Below, piece after piece: positions 47,905 through 60,364 of a DNA stretch of 61,642 nucleotides (positions are counted from its first letter, which is position 1; each line of letters begins with the position of its first letter). The stretch is from contig NC_057729.1 in the NCBI RefSeq assembly GCF_004010195.1, positions 4,699,452 to 4,761,093 on the forward strand. The letters are read 5' to 3'. The position numbers and the translations under genes were made by a program. The stretch is from Chiloscyllium plagiosum. Its lineage: Eukaryota. The notes under the pieces were generated by a model. The model was not told the origin of the DNA. It did not search any database and saw nothing but the letters and a program-made list of their open reading frames with translations.

Positions 47905-49110
47905 AACATGCTATTGAGCCCTGAAGGCTGCAGGATCCCCAAATGGAAGTTGAGATGCTGTTGATCCAACTTGCGCTGAGCTTCATTGGAGCACTGCAGC
48001 AAGCTTGAGAAAGAGACGTTGGCCAGGGAATAGGGGGGATACGTTGAAGTGGCAGGCAACTGGAAGCTCAGGTCATTTTTGTGGATAGAACGAAGATGTT
48101 CTGCAAAATGGTTGTCCAATCCACGCTTCATTTTCCCAGTGTACAGGAGACCACATTGTGAGCAGTGAATATAGTAGACTAGATTGACTGAAATGCAGAA
48201 AAAGCGCTGCTTCATCGGGAAGGTGTGTCTGGGGCGTTTTGTTGGTGAGGACGGAGGAAATAAACAGGCAGGTATTACAACTTCTATGATGGCAAGGGAA
48301 GGTGATGATGTGGAGAGGTGTTGGGAGGGGAGAAGGAGTGGACTAGAGTGTTGTGGAGACATTAGTCCCCGTGGAAGGCTACTGGAGGAGGGGAGGGGAA
48401 TATGTGTCTGGTCACAGCATTTTAATACACTTGGATAAATGGTGGCTTATAATCCTTTGGCAACAGTGGCTGGTAGGTTGGGAAGTGAAGACAGGGGAAC
48501 CCTATTGCTGTTGATGGAGGGAAGAGATGGGGTGGGGGCAAAGTGTGCGAGTTGGGTCGGACATGATGAAAAGCACTGTTGATCATGGTGGTTGGGATTC
48601 CTCAGCTGAGGAAAAATTTATGAGGCCTCCCCCACCGGAAGGTGGCATCATTAGAGATACCATGGAGGTGGAGAAACTGGGAGAAATGGGATGGAGACCT
48701 TACACAAAGCAAGATTTAGGGATGTATATTCCAGGGAACTTGGAATCAATGGGTTTGTGATGGATGTCAATGACAAGCTATGCCCAGAAATGGAAACAAG
48801 AGATATCAAGGAAGGGAAGGGAGGAGTCCGGAGGTGGACCAAGTGAATGTGAGAGCAGGGTGAAAATTGGAAGCAAAGTTGATTAACTTCTCCAGTTCAG
48901 AATGAGAGAGGGAAGGAGCACCGATGATGTCATTGCTGTGCTGGAGTAACAGTTGTGGGTGTATGCCTGGGATTAGGACTGGAACAAGGAATGTTCCATG
49001 TATCCCACACAGAGACAGACATAACTGGGGCCATGCAGGTACCCATGGCCACCCCTCTGACCTGAAGAAAGTGAGAGGAGTTAAAGCAGAAGTTGTTCAA
49101 AGTGAGGATG
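47905..49110 (-). mobile_element. Penelope-like element, old and degenerate (RT part plus GIY-YIG)
   Basis: NLVYYIHCSQCGLLYTGKMKR.L..HF.EH and HLNFHLGILQPSGLN in ORF 47829-48362. Confidence 0.85.
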
Positions 49111-50046
49111 AGCTTGATAAAAGTTCTCTCTCTTCAGGTACTGTCCCTTTAATTTTTCAAAACCACCATCATCCTCGCCTTCTCTGAAATCCTTGACACA
49201 GTTAACCTATGGTTCTCCTTCAAGATAACCCCTTCACTGCCTAACTCACTGACACTGCTCTTGCTTCATTATATCAGTTTGTTGCAATGATTTCTCAACT
49301 CTGCAGTGTCTCTCTGGAGAACTCCAAGATTCCCGTGATTTTATGAGGTTTCCCAGTATCCCATACATGTGGGGTCAGCATTCTTGCCTATCAGACCTAA
49401 CTCTGCCTCTCTATGTCACCTATCTCGATGTATCTGTTGTCTCCATGCTGCCAGAATGCTTGCCAACACGCCGCCTTGGAAAATTGGTCACTATGTCCGG
49501 TTAAAAGACAAGAGAAGCCAAAACCACTGTCTTTCTTACTTGTCACCAACCCAGGATCTTCTCTGATGAAGCAACCCTCTTGCACACTGTGATAGTAGGT
49601 GATGTATACAATATGTATAGAACACTCAGATCCTGTGCAGGAGCATTAGCAGTTCTGAAAGCCTCTCACTTCCTTCTGATATGAGTGTGTAACCACTGCA
49701 AGATCAGGCTGTGAGATAAGTGATCACTTGCAAACTCCACTTCTCCCACTGATATAATCACCAAGAGGGAAGCAAACACAGCAGTTAACATCACTAAATT
49801 ATTTGAAATGTTTGAGTTTGGAGATCAGCTTCAGGAGACATTGGAACACATTGGTATGTTCAGTAACAAGAAATTACATAAAGCAGCACAGAAACATCCC
49901 CATTAGTTTTCTTGTGGGAAGCTGGGGTTAGCTGTGGTGATCAGCCACATGCCTGTGGGTCCACCGTTGTAGAAACAATATATACAAGAACTATTTCCTC
50001 TTCCTCAACCTTTGCAAATGTTAATATGTATCAAATATTAAATGGC

Positions 50047-50272
50047 AGAGAGGGTAGCATTGATGCCTCACAGTGTCAGGGACCTGGGTTCGATTCCAGT
50101 CTCTGTGCACACTCGACACAGACAATCACCATTCTCCCCGTGTCTGCGTGGGTTTCCACCTGGTGCTCCGATTTCCTCCCACAATCCAAAGTTGTGCAGA
50201 TTAGGGTGAATTGGCTGTGCTAAATTGTCCATACTGTCTAGAGATGTGCAGGCTAGGTGGATTAGCCATGAT
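50047..50272 (+). mobile_element. V-SINE, older copy
   Basis: GGTTCGATTCC B box and V-domain. Confidence 0.7.
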
Positions 50273-50331
50273 AAATGGAGGGTGACAAGGATAGACAGGA
50301 ATATACAGTGATAAGATCAGCAATGATGTCA

Positions 50332-50649
50332 TTTAGATTACTTACAGTGTGGAAACAGGCCCTTCGGCCCAACAAGTCCACACCGACCCGCCGAAGCGCA
50401 ACCCACCCAGACCCATTCCCCTTTATTTTCACCCCTTCACCTAACACTACGGGTAATTTAGCATGGCCAATTCACCTAACCTGCACATTTTTGGACTGTA
50501 GGAGGAAACCGGAGCACCCGGAAGAAACCTGCACAGACATAGGGAGAATGTGCACACTTGACACAGACAGTCACCAGAGACTGGAATTGAACCCGGGTCT
50601 CTGGCGCTGTGAGGCAAGTACTAACCACTGTGCCACCGTGCCGCCCACG
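50332..50649 (-). mobile_element. HE1-type V-SINE, full length
   Basis: Minus strand starts GTGGGCGGCACGGTGGCACAGTGGTTAG; V-domain and tail present. Confidence 0.9.
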
Positions 50650-50794
50650 AATGGTGGAATTGGCTTGAGGGGCTGAATGGCCCTATCTATGCTCCTAATT
50701 CATGTGTTTATGAATAACCAGCGCAATCTTTTAGCAAGAATTAATTGGCATAATCATTTAAAAAAGGAATAATGGGGTCTAAATTTAACATTTT

Positions 50795-51080
50795 TTTTAA
50801 TTCATTCATAAAATGTGGATATTGCTGGCCAGACCAGCATTTATTACCCATCCCTAATTGCCCAGAGAGCAATTAAGCATCAGTCACATTGGTGTGGATC
50901 TGGAATCACATGTAGGTAGGTTGCCTATCCTAAAGAACGGTCATCATTAGACTCTTAATTCCAGACTTTTGCAGAATTCAAATTCTGCCATGGTTGGATT
51001 TGAACCCGCGTCCCCAGAACATTACCTGGGTCTCTGGATTAAGAATCCAGTGATAATACCACTAGGTCATCGCCTCTCCT
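50795..51080 (-). mobile_element. SINE of a second family
   Basis: Minus-strand tRNA-like head (GGTTCAAATCC) and tail shared with ~11250-11370, ~13415-13690, ~25280-25470 and 31320-31710. Confidence 0.55.
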
Positions 51081-52114
51081 GTACCTATTTGTGGTGTCTG
51101 TTTTATGGATGCAAATTGAATGTGGTGCTAAACACTTGAGGATGGCAGAGGTCTGATCTGCATTGTCTGCTCGCTGGAAAATTCATTGGTGCTTTGCTTC
51201 ATTTTCAAGACAGTTCTTGTGTCATTCCAGAAGTGGATTGTTAAACTTGTTTAAAAGCAAAGTCCCACAGATGGAAATCTGAAACAAATACAGGGAATGC
51301 TGGAGAAACTCAGCAGGTCTGTGGCGAGAGAAAGAGAGCAGCCTAACTGCAGTCTGTAAAGGGTAATGATAGGCTGCTTAAACAAGGCCCCAACCTTTTC
51401 ATTGTCAGAAGCTTCCTTTAACACTCTTTCATCTCCAATGTCTCTCAGTTTCCAGTATGACTTCGTACGGGATAGAATCGTAAAAGGACTCGAGTGGGAG
51501 ACCTGTTTGCCCCCACAATTAGTTATTCTGTTGTGGCCTATGATAGGCTTAGTTCAAACCCATCATTTTCTGTGCAATTCTCACACCACAGGGGAATACA
51601 GCAAGTTTGGACATCCAAGAAAAATTTAAATAAGTCATTGTAGGGAAAAAACTTTTTTTTAGGATTGTTGTGTCTTCGAAGCCATTTAAAAGCATAAAAA
51701 CAGGAGAAGATCATTCCTTCAGCCTGCTGTGAAATTTACTAAGATCGTGGCTGGTCTGATTGTAACTTTTAGTCTACATTCTCACCTGCACCTTTTGCCC
51801 ACTTGCTCAATAAGTTATCTATCTGTCTCTGCCTCGGAGATATTCAAGGACTGTCTTTCCACCACCTTTTCAAAAGACAGTCCCAAAGATTTAAGACCCG
51901 CAGAGAAAGAATCTCTGTTTGAACTGGGTGATGCCGGATTTCTAAACCCCTTGTTCTAGATTCTTCCTTTAGAGGGAACACCCTGTCCAAATCTATGCTG
52001 TCAAGACCCCTCAGTGAAATAATTAAGCCTTTAATGACTTTAAAATCCTCTGCCTTTTTCATTGGATTTCTGTTGGGTTTACTTGCTTTGAGAAAATAGA
52101 ATGTATTTTAGGGC

Positions 52115-53085
52115 CTTGGCAGTGTTGTAGAACAGAGAGACCTAGGGATTCAGGTGCAAAACTCTTTGAAGTTTGCGTCACGTGTAGACAGGGTGGTTAA
52201 GAAGGCAAAAACCGAAAAAAACTGCCTCAGTTTGAGGAAGGGTCACTTGACCTGAAACGTTAAGTCTGATTTCCCTCCACAGATGCTGCCAGACCTGCTG
52301 AGCTGGTTAAGAAAGTGTTTAGCACGCTTGCCTTTATTGCTCAGACCTTTGGGTATAGGAATTGGGACTTCATATTGAGGTTGTACAGGGTATGGCAGTG
52401 CTGGTGTTGGACTGGGGTGGACAAGATTAAATGTCACACGACACCAAATTATAGTCCAACAGGTTCATTTGAAATCACAATATTTCCGAGCACTGCTCCT
52501 TCGTCAGTTTGAGGATGTACAGGACATCGGTGAGGCCTCTTCTGGAGTACTGTGTGCAGTTCTGGTCGCCCTGTTATAGGAAGGATATTATTAAACTGGA
52601 GTGGCTTCAGAAAAGATTTACCAGGACGTTACCAGGACTGGAGGGTTTGAGTTATAAGGAGAGGCTGGATAGGCTTGGACTTTTTTCACTAGAGCATAGG
52701 AGGTTGAGGGGTGATCTTATAGAGGTTTATAAAATCAGGTGGGGCACAGATAAAGTGAATGGCAAGTGTCTTTTCCCTTGGGTGGGGGAGTTCAAAACCA
52801 GAGGGCATATTTTTAAAGTTGAGAGGATAAAGATTTAACAAAGATACAAGGGGCAACCTTTTACACAGAGAGTAATTTGTGTGTGGGGTGAACCTCCAGA
52901 GGAAGTGTTGGATGCGGGTACAGTTAGAACATTTAAAAGGCATTTGGATAAATTCACAAATAGAAAGTGCTTTGAGGGATAAGTGTCAAGCCCAGGCAGG
53001 TGGGACAAGTTTAGTTTTGGATTAGGGTCGCCATGGACTAGTTGGACCGAAAGGTCTGTTTCTGTGCTGTGTGACTATGACTCTA
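52115..53085 (+). mobile_element. CR1 LINE 3' portion with two nested Penelope pLTR fragments
   Basis: ORF 52509-52838 (VRPLLEYCVQFWSPCYRKDI...); nested inserts with TSDs GGTTAAGAA (52195-52203/52305-52313) and TTGAGG(T/A)TGTACAGG (52375-52389/52509-52523). Confidence 0.9.
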
Positions 53086-53467
53086 TTGGGTGCTATGATG
53101 GCAATGAGAAAGCTATCACTCATCCACAATTGGCACTTTCCTGATACAACAGCGGTCTGACAGACCGAATGGTCTGCTGTGCACTGTATCTATTCTATGG
53201 TTCTATGACTTTGAGTTGATTGGAAAGTTTCTTTGACCATTGCTCATACAACCAATTTTGATCAATTTCTGATATATTTACAGCTAAAAAAATAAAAGTG
53301 CGCAAATAAAATTACGTCTGCACGCTTAATTTCTCCTATGGTTTTTTTTCTCCTGGATTTGCTCATCCCATTGTCCTGGAGATTAATCTTTCATTCCCGC
53401 AGAACACAGTGTAGAATGAGCGGAACGCTTTATAATTGTAATTCATTGTTTGCCTTTCTGTTTTCAG

Positions 53468-53552
53468 CTGTACCACTGTGAGTCTGCCGCCAAATGTAAC
53501 AATATCACACAGTACTCATTGTCTTCCCGCTGCTGTGCCAAGTGTCCACCGG
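53468..53552 (+). CDS. CD40: CD40-like B exon 2 (LYHCESAAKCNNITQYSLSSRCCAKCPPG)
   Basis: TTTTCAG acceptor, G|GTAAGT donor, 85 nt as in copy A; CCxKCPPG. Confidence 0.95.
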
Positions 53553-56056
53553 GTAAGTACAGGGTTAATGATGGAGAATACTGAGGGGCTGGAGAGAGAA
53601 CTGGAATATAAACTGGGCGACTGCTTGACATTTTGGAATGGAATCAGGAAGCATGTCTTCACACACAGTCCAATAAAAATCAAGAATACTGTCCACTGTA
53701 GGGCTGGGGCTTTCAAGATATGGATCAGAGCTTCCTGAAGTGGGATATAGGGACCCCACGTGGGGTCATGTGCTGAATCTATGGAGTTACAAACTCTGAG
53801 GTACGAGCACAGCTCTAACCAAGTGTATAACTCTCCTTCCTAACTCTGAAAGCTTACAATGAGAGGTTGTGACAATTTCCAAGCCTTGAAATGGAGTTAC
53901 AGAGTGGAAAAAGCTTGAGAAGTGCTGATTCTGATCAGTAGAGCTAGTTGTAGGTAGAGTGATGCTTAATAGAATGGCCAAGAGGCTGAATAGCCTCGTC
54001 CTCTTTCTTTAACTAAAAAGGTTGCTTGCATTGATATGAGATAACTTTCACAATTTGATTTTCACAATTATACCTTATTCTGTGAAAAAGTATGGATCAA
54101 TGGCATTGCATAGGATCCAAGTTATTGACTGGTTTACCCATTATGTATTGTCCATCGGGGAGTTCCAGGATGAGTAGTTTGTTGGTGTCTGAATAAGTAG
54201 AACTGATCTGAGTGTTCAGGTAACAAATTAAGAACTAAATTAGAAGAACATGACAAGGGATACTCAGCTCAGAAGAAACTTCGAGCAGGAGTGGGGTCAG
54301 ATTCAGGCTTGATGGTCAATCTCGAGCAGTGCATGGGAGATTAGTAAATCTACAGTTCAGGTGTGATAACCTTCATAGTGAGTTAACCTGTCGCCAGTCA
54401 TAGCCTCGACTCATGACTCCACTTTGAGTCTCAACCCTCGTTTTGGGAAGCTATGATCCATATCTTGAAAACCCCAGCCCTTTACTGGACAGTATTCTCG
54501 ATTTCTATTGGTCTGTGCATGAGGACATGCCTCCTGATTCCATTCCCAAATGGCCAGATGTACACGTGAAGAAGAGAGTTGCCTCAAGTACTTAAAAACT
54601 GATCGTACCTATCTAACCTTTAGCACCCTCAAGGCAAGAGACAGGAAGGGACAGAAATCTAAGAATAAATTGAAAGCAGATTAGGCTTTGCAGTTGAGTG
54701 AGTGAGCAACTGAGCTGAGGAGGTCAGGAATTTCCGAGATTGCATTTCTAAGTCAGTTGCTGACCTGCACTGACTTTACTTTGTCTCTGTTGAGGTTGTT
54801 ATGGTTTGCTAATAGTGATCTCTGGGTCAGGAAGTATCTGACTGGCCCTGGTTCCAGTGCTTGCTGGTTGGGCAGTATATGTCTTGTCAGGCTGATACTT
54901 TGTCCCCCTCCCTTTGGGTTTACTGTATTTTTCTACAGTCTCCACTTTCTTCCCTCCATATTGATAGGATCATTTCTTGCCGTAATGGTACTACTGTCTG
55001 GTCAATGTTCTCATCAGCTGCTCTCCCTTTTTACCATCTTCAGATATCTCAACACTCACCTTTAGTTTTATTGAAATATACAGTAGGTTCATCCCTACAA
55101 GTCTCTAGCTGTGGCTCAGTGGGTAGTATCTTTGCCTCTGAGTCAGATGGTTGTGACTTCATGACCCACTTAAGCACAGAACGATGCTGGCACCTTTGTA
55201 CAATACTCAGGGAGTAGAGTTATGTCAAAGGAGCATATTTCAGAAGTGACATTAAATTTTTCTGTAGGGACCTTCTCATGTAGATACAAAAGATTAGCCA
55301 ATTGTATCGTGAAGAAGAACTGAGCATGATTCTGGCCATTTTTTTGTCACTCAATAATCAAAATAAATTATCTTGTGTCTTATTGTAAAAGGGTGCCCTT
55401 TGTCACAGCTTTTTATCTTGAACTTATCAGGACAATTTGCAAAAAACATCCCAATTCAATAAGAAAATCAACATTTATATTTAAGAAAGGACAGTACTGC
55501 TTTGTTGGCAAGTGCAGTCTGATTGGTAGAGATGTTGCCATGGAGATTGCAGAGTCAATGATGTTTGACAGTTAACTGACAGGCTTTGTTTACATTTTAA
55601 TTCAGACAGGTTGACTTTGATTGGTCAGGGCATTGCTTTGAAAAATGGAACAGTGAAAGGCTATTTAGATGAGTTGAAACAGACGCAGTGTTTCTTACAA
55701 TACACTAATGTCTACTTTCTATACTCTTTCATTTGGACCACCTTGAGGAAGGTGTGACTATAAATGCAAGTTCTTTCTTCTCAGGCATAGCAGTTTAATC
55801 TTTTATCTCTTCCTATTACCTTTACATTCTTCTATAAGGCGGATTTTGAATGTTTTCTACATTGGTTCAAATTGCCCCAAAATTAGTGTGGAAAAACCTG
55901 CTAAGAGGTTTATTTCTATATAAATGACCAAAGATTTGTTTGCATCAGACACTATCAAAATCTATTCAGTTCTGTAGGAAAAGGTGGAGGATTTGAGCCA
56001 GATTTGAGAGTTGCATTCTTGTGCAATAAATTTGTATTGTGGTATTTATCTTGCAG

Positions 56057-56182
56057 GTACCTATTTGAGCAGTAAATGCACAATACTGAAAGACACTGAG
56101 TGCAAGCCCTGTGAAGAGGGACTGTATCAGTCAAAGTGGAACTTGGCTGATCACTGTCAGCGGCACACATACTGTGATCCAA
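56057..56182 (+). CDS. CD40: CD40-like B exon 3 (TYLSSKCTILKDTECKPCEEGLYQSKWNLADHCQRHTYCDP)
   Basis: TTGCAG acceptor, GTAGGT donor, 126 nt; 25/42 aa identical to copy A by manual count. Confidence 0.97.
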
Positions 56183-56814
56183 GTAGGTCCAAATTATTTT
56201 CCCTAGTTTTCTTTCTGCTTACATTTCTGGTAGGGTTTTACTGATGTATGCAATTGTGTAAGTTCGTGTGTGAATATGCATTTGTGTGTTTCTGTGCATA
56301 TGCACAAGTGTATGCATATGCTCCTGTGTCAGTGTGCACACCTGTGTAGGTGTGCTCCTATACTTGGGTGCCAGTGTGTGTGCAAGTGTGTGTGTGTATG
56401 TATGTATACACACGCATGCCTGTGCATTTTTATAATACAAGGCTAGCAAGTCAAACCAAATCAGTCTCATTAACACTGGATCTGCAAAAAAGTGCCCATT
56501 TGTTTTTAACCAGATTTTACAAATGACAGACTTTGGATATTAAGTTTATACAAAAATTAACAATTTATTATTAATAATGTAACTTGAGCAGAACACAGAT
56601 AAGTAACAAGTTAATCTAATTAATATCTATGATTTAAAGTATATTTTTCTTATCATAAATCCACTAACACACAGACGACAGATAGACATGGTTTGGGGAT
56701 GAATTAAAAAGAAAAGAAATGAATTTTAATTTGCCAAATAAGTAAACCGTTTCCAATAATGGATACTAGGCCTCCATGAAAACCTTAGACAATAGATTGT
56801 CCACAGGAACTGAA

Positions 56815-57345
56815 TAAGAACTAGGGGCAGAAGTAGGGAATTCATCCCCTTAAGCCTGTTCTGCCATTTAATACAACTATGGCTGATCTCATCTTGGCCC
56901 TAACTCCACTTTCCTGCCCTTCAGCCTCTTACTGTTTTAAAATCTGTCCATCTTCTTAAACTTATTCCATGTTCTGGCATCCTAAAGGGTAATGAGTTCC
57001 ACAATTCACAACTGTTTTAGATAAGTCATTTCTTCTCATTCCTATTCTAAATCCGCTACTCATTATCCTAAAACTATGACCCCTTGTTCCAGATAGCCCT
57101 ACCTGAAGAAACATCCTCACTTTGTTTACTTTGTCAATCCACTTTGGCATCTTGTAAACTGCGCTTAGATCTCCTGTCATTTATCTAAATTCCAGACAGT
57201 ATAGGTCTAAACTGCTCAGTCTCTCTTCATAACACAACCCCCTCATATCTGGAATCAATCTAGTGATTCTCTTCTGAACTGTCTCCAATGCAACCACGCT
57301 TCCCCCTTGAGTAAGCATACCATAATTGTACGCAGTACTCCAGCT
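56815..57345 (-). mobile_element. CR1 3' portion
   Basis: GDLSAVYKM..IDKV...TRGHSFRI in ORF 56962-57180. Confidence 0.7.
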
Positions 57346-57875
57346 TGAATTCAATGTCACCAGTTAATACAAACAGTTTCAGAAGACGTCTAGAAATATT
57401 TTAAAATTATTTCTTACAAACTGGGCCTTTCCTTAGAACATTCAACAATTTTATAACTGAATAGAAAACTGGAAAGAGCAAAACACAGCAATCATCTCTG
57501 AAAGTTTTCAAATAATCACTCTTCTACTAAAAACAAATCAGAACTGGTGGTTCTCTCTCCTTCCTTTCCTTTTAAGTCAGCATTCTTTATGGGTGAGTGG
57601 TTGGCACCTGTTCTCCCCGATTGACAAATTCAACATTGAACTGCTGCCGGCCTGGAACATAGAAATTGCTCAGTGCCAATTTGTTCACAGTGCCTTTGGC
57701 ACAGTAATTAAGTTGCATCGTCTTCCAGGCCAGTACCCAACTACAAACATCTGTCCTTGTTCTCTTCCTGTTTAAAACAAGCTGCTGTTCAAAGTTCAAC
57801 TCTTAATCTGACCTTACATTTCCAAACCAAAAATAAAGAGGAAATAAAAGAAAACCGGTGAGAGCCCCTAGAATA

Positions 57876-58175
57876 CATGTACATGTTCCTGTGCTTTTGT
57901 GACTATGTATGTGCATTTGTGCATGCATCTGGTCGTGTGTGTGTATGTGTGCGCGCGCTCATCTGGTTGTGTGTGTGTGTGTGTGTGTGGCACCAGTGTG
58001 TGTGCATGTATGTGCACCTGTGTATGTGCATGTGTGTTTGTGTCTGTTCATGTGTGCATGCAAGTGTTCCTGTGTGTCTGTGCACCAGTGTATGCGTATG
58101 TTTCTGTGTGCATACATTCATGTGTACCATGTTTTTGTGTGTATGTGCATGTGTTTGTTCGTGTGTGTGTGTGAG
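57876..58175. repeat. Degenerate (TG)n/(TGCA) microsatellite; similar tract at 56260-56430
   Basis: Alternating purine-pyrimidine tract; explains the C/V/M-rich ORFs. Confidence 0.9.
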
Positions 58176-58846
58176 AACCTATTGGCCAAGCCAGCTTTAT
58201 GGTTTGATGAAATTGTGCTGCACACAAAATGGAGAGTATTTCCTGTCAGTCACAATTGACTCTGAATAAATATAGAACTGTTCTTTGGGGGAAGGGAGGA
58301 GGGAAGTGAGATCGTGGCCAAATTAAATCCCCAACAGAATTTGGAGAGCTTTGTATTTGAAATGGATGTTGTATTATTAATGCAAATTCAGCATTCTGTT
58401 GGACCACTAAATAAGAGGGATATTTCTTCATCCACAGTGCAAGCAAAACAACAAATTTGCCAGAATTATTTTTATTTGCCATTTAAAATATGCCATCGCT
58501 TCCCAATGAGATACTACCTGAATAAAGAAAAATTATCATAGCCCTACAGGGGTCAAGATAAAACAATGGCCTGTGTTGATTAAGTCAGGTTTGGGCTATT
58601 TTATGACAGGGCCTGCAGTTTAACAGTTTCCCAAAGTGTATTCACTTCATACAAGAGTGCACTGCTTGACTTATAGGAAGTGTCGAAGTGAAACCGTAAG
58701 CCAGTTTCCAAACAGGACGGAAATCTTAAAAATACAGGCACACAATCCCTGTCTCTTTTGCGAGGTGCACAGTCTTATCACTGTAACCAAGAGGGAGATC
58801 TCTGCAATCACAAATATTCTTACACTCTGCCTTTTCCTATCTTCAG

Positions 58847-58993
58847 ATGGAGGATTTGTGACCGAGTCGCCTGGCGACACCTTGACCAATGCTGTGTGTT
58901 TGTGTGCGATAGGGAAGCACTGCATCAATGAGGACTGTGAAATGTGTGTGGAGGACAAGATTTGTGAGCCTGGTTCTGGAGTAACTAAACCAG
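58847..58993 (+). CDS. CD40: CD40-like B exon 4 (GGFVTESPGDTLTNAVCLCAIGKHCINEDCEMCVEDKICEPGSGVTKP)
   Basis: CTTCAG acceptor, CAG|GTAAAA donor, 147 nt. Confidence 0.97.
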
Positions 58994-59099
58994 GTAAAAA
59001 CATAAGCATCTGTAAATATCTCAGATTCATAATGTATAGTTTGTGGTATTATTACTGCCTTTGTCGTTTGCTGATGTGCTAATGTGGTTTGTTTGCCAG

Positions 59100-59196
59100 C
59101 GGATCGCAAACACAAGGACACAGAGTGTGAGGAATGTAAACATGGTTATTACTCAAATGTCTCTTCGGCTGTAGAGCTCTGTTCGAAATGGACAAA
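59100..59196 (+). CDS. CD40: CD40-like B exon 5 (ADRKHKDTECEECKHGYYSNVSSAVELCSKWT)
   Basis: TTTGCCAG acceptor after a 106 nt intron, GTAAGT donor, 97 nt; SNVSSAxExC as in human CD40. Confidence 0.95.
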
Positions 59197-59722
59197 GTAA
59201 GTAACCCAGGTTAACTGGGGGGAGTGGGAAACTTTAGGTTGAATGGGGTAGGTCAGTATCCATGGATTAAATGGGCAGGATTTCAAGCTGCCTCTGGCTT
59301 TACATCGACCCTGTATCTTTGCTGAACCACTGTTTGACTCTCTTGTTTGATTGCCTTGTCACAAGCAATGTCTTTACTCTTTTCCATGTTGATGGATCTT
59401 CCTAAGATGGCCCCAACTTTTGCTTTGTCAAATCTAAGGGGCTCAGATCTGGTACAAAGCTGATTTAATCATCCAACACTAGGTCTGGCTAGATCACATA
59501 TATACGTCACTCCCTCTGACAAAACTGCTCAAAAGCTCGAAATTACTCTGGAGAGAAATTAGTTCTCTGACCTTTTTTGTTCTCCTCTCCCAACAGTCTG
59601 TTTAACCATGCCCAGGCATTGTTGGCAAGATGTGTATTTACAGCACATCACTTGTTAGCCTTGAACCACTGCTGTTCTGATGGTGAAGGCATTCAACTGA
59701 TACTATGAGAGCGCGGTCAGAG

Positions 59723-59845
59723 GTCACACGACACCATGTTATAGTCCAACAGGTTTGTTTGAAATCACAAGCTTTTGGAGTGCCGTTCTTCATCAGGTGT
59801 CGTGTGACTTCTAGCCTTGTCCACTTCAGTGCAACGACATATCAC
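59723..59845. mobile_element. Small degenerate palindromic Penelope pLTR insertion
   Basis: GTCACACGACACC / GGTGTCGTGTGAC inverted pair; flanks CGGTCAGAG / CGGTTAGAG. Confidence 0.6.
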
Positions 59846-60276
59846 GGTTAGAGAGAAATTTCAGGACTTTGATAGTAACAATATGTGATATTTTGTGACC
59901 TGGAGGGAGTTCAGAAGTGGCGCTGTTTCCAAGTGGCTGTTGTCCTTCACCTACAAAGTGATTAGGTCGTGGGTATGCAATAATCTGATCAGGCCGACAT
60001 AAAAAGCATAAAACATAAGACTAGCCTGAGAGGACTTTTTGCCTCAAAAAAAGGGCAGTTAAACAGGAGATGAGCTTGGATGGGCTGCAACTAATTGGTG
60101 CCCATCTGATTAAATTGATACCTTGATATTCCACATGTGTTCCTTGGTGTAGGTTGGCATCAGTGAACAAAGTAAATGGGATATTTATTACCTGAAATTG
60201 GGAGCTCTGATTATACACAGTCTTTGGTACTTTCTGTGCTCTGATTCTCTGACTACCAACATCCCTTTGCTTTCAG

Positions 60277-60329
60277 TTGTGGGTCACGCGGAGAGCTGAA
60301 ACCAGGCAATGCAACAAGTGATGTGAAAT
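60277..60329 (+). CDS. CD40: CD40-like B exon 6 (CGSRGELKPGNATSDVK...); downstream exons not found in the window
   Basis: TTTCAG|TTGTGGGTCA start identical to copy A exon 6; best donor AAAT|GTAAGT gives 53 nt, phase 2-1. Confidence 0.88.
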
Positions 60330-60364
60330 GTAAGTACATCAAGCTTCTAGCAAAAGATCACCAT

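Noticed and set aside
57877-58269. Cys-rich ORFs
   Set aside because: Translations of a TG-rich microsatellite.
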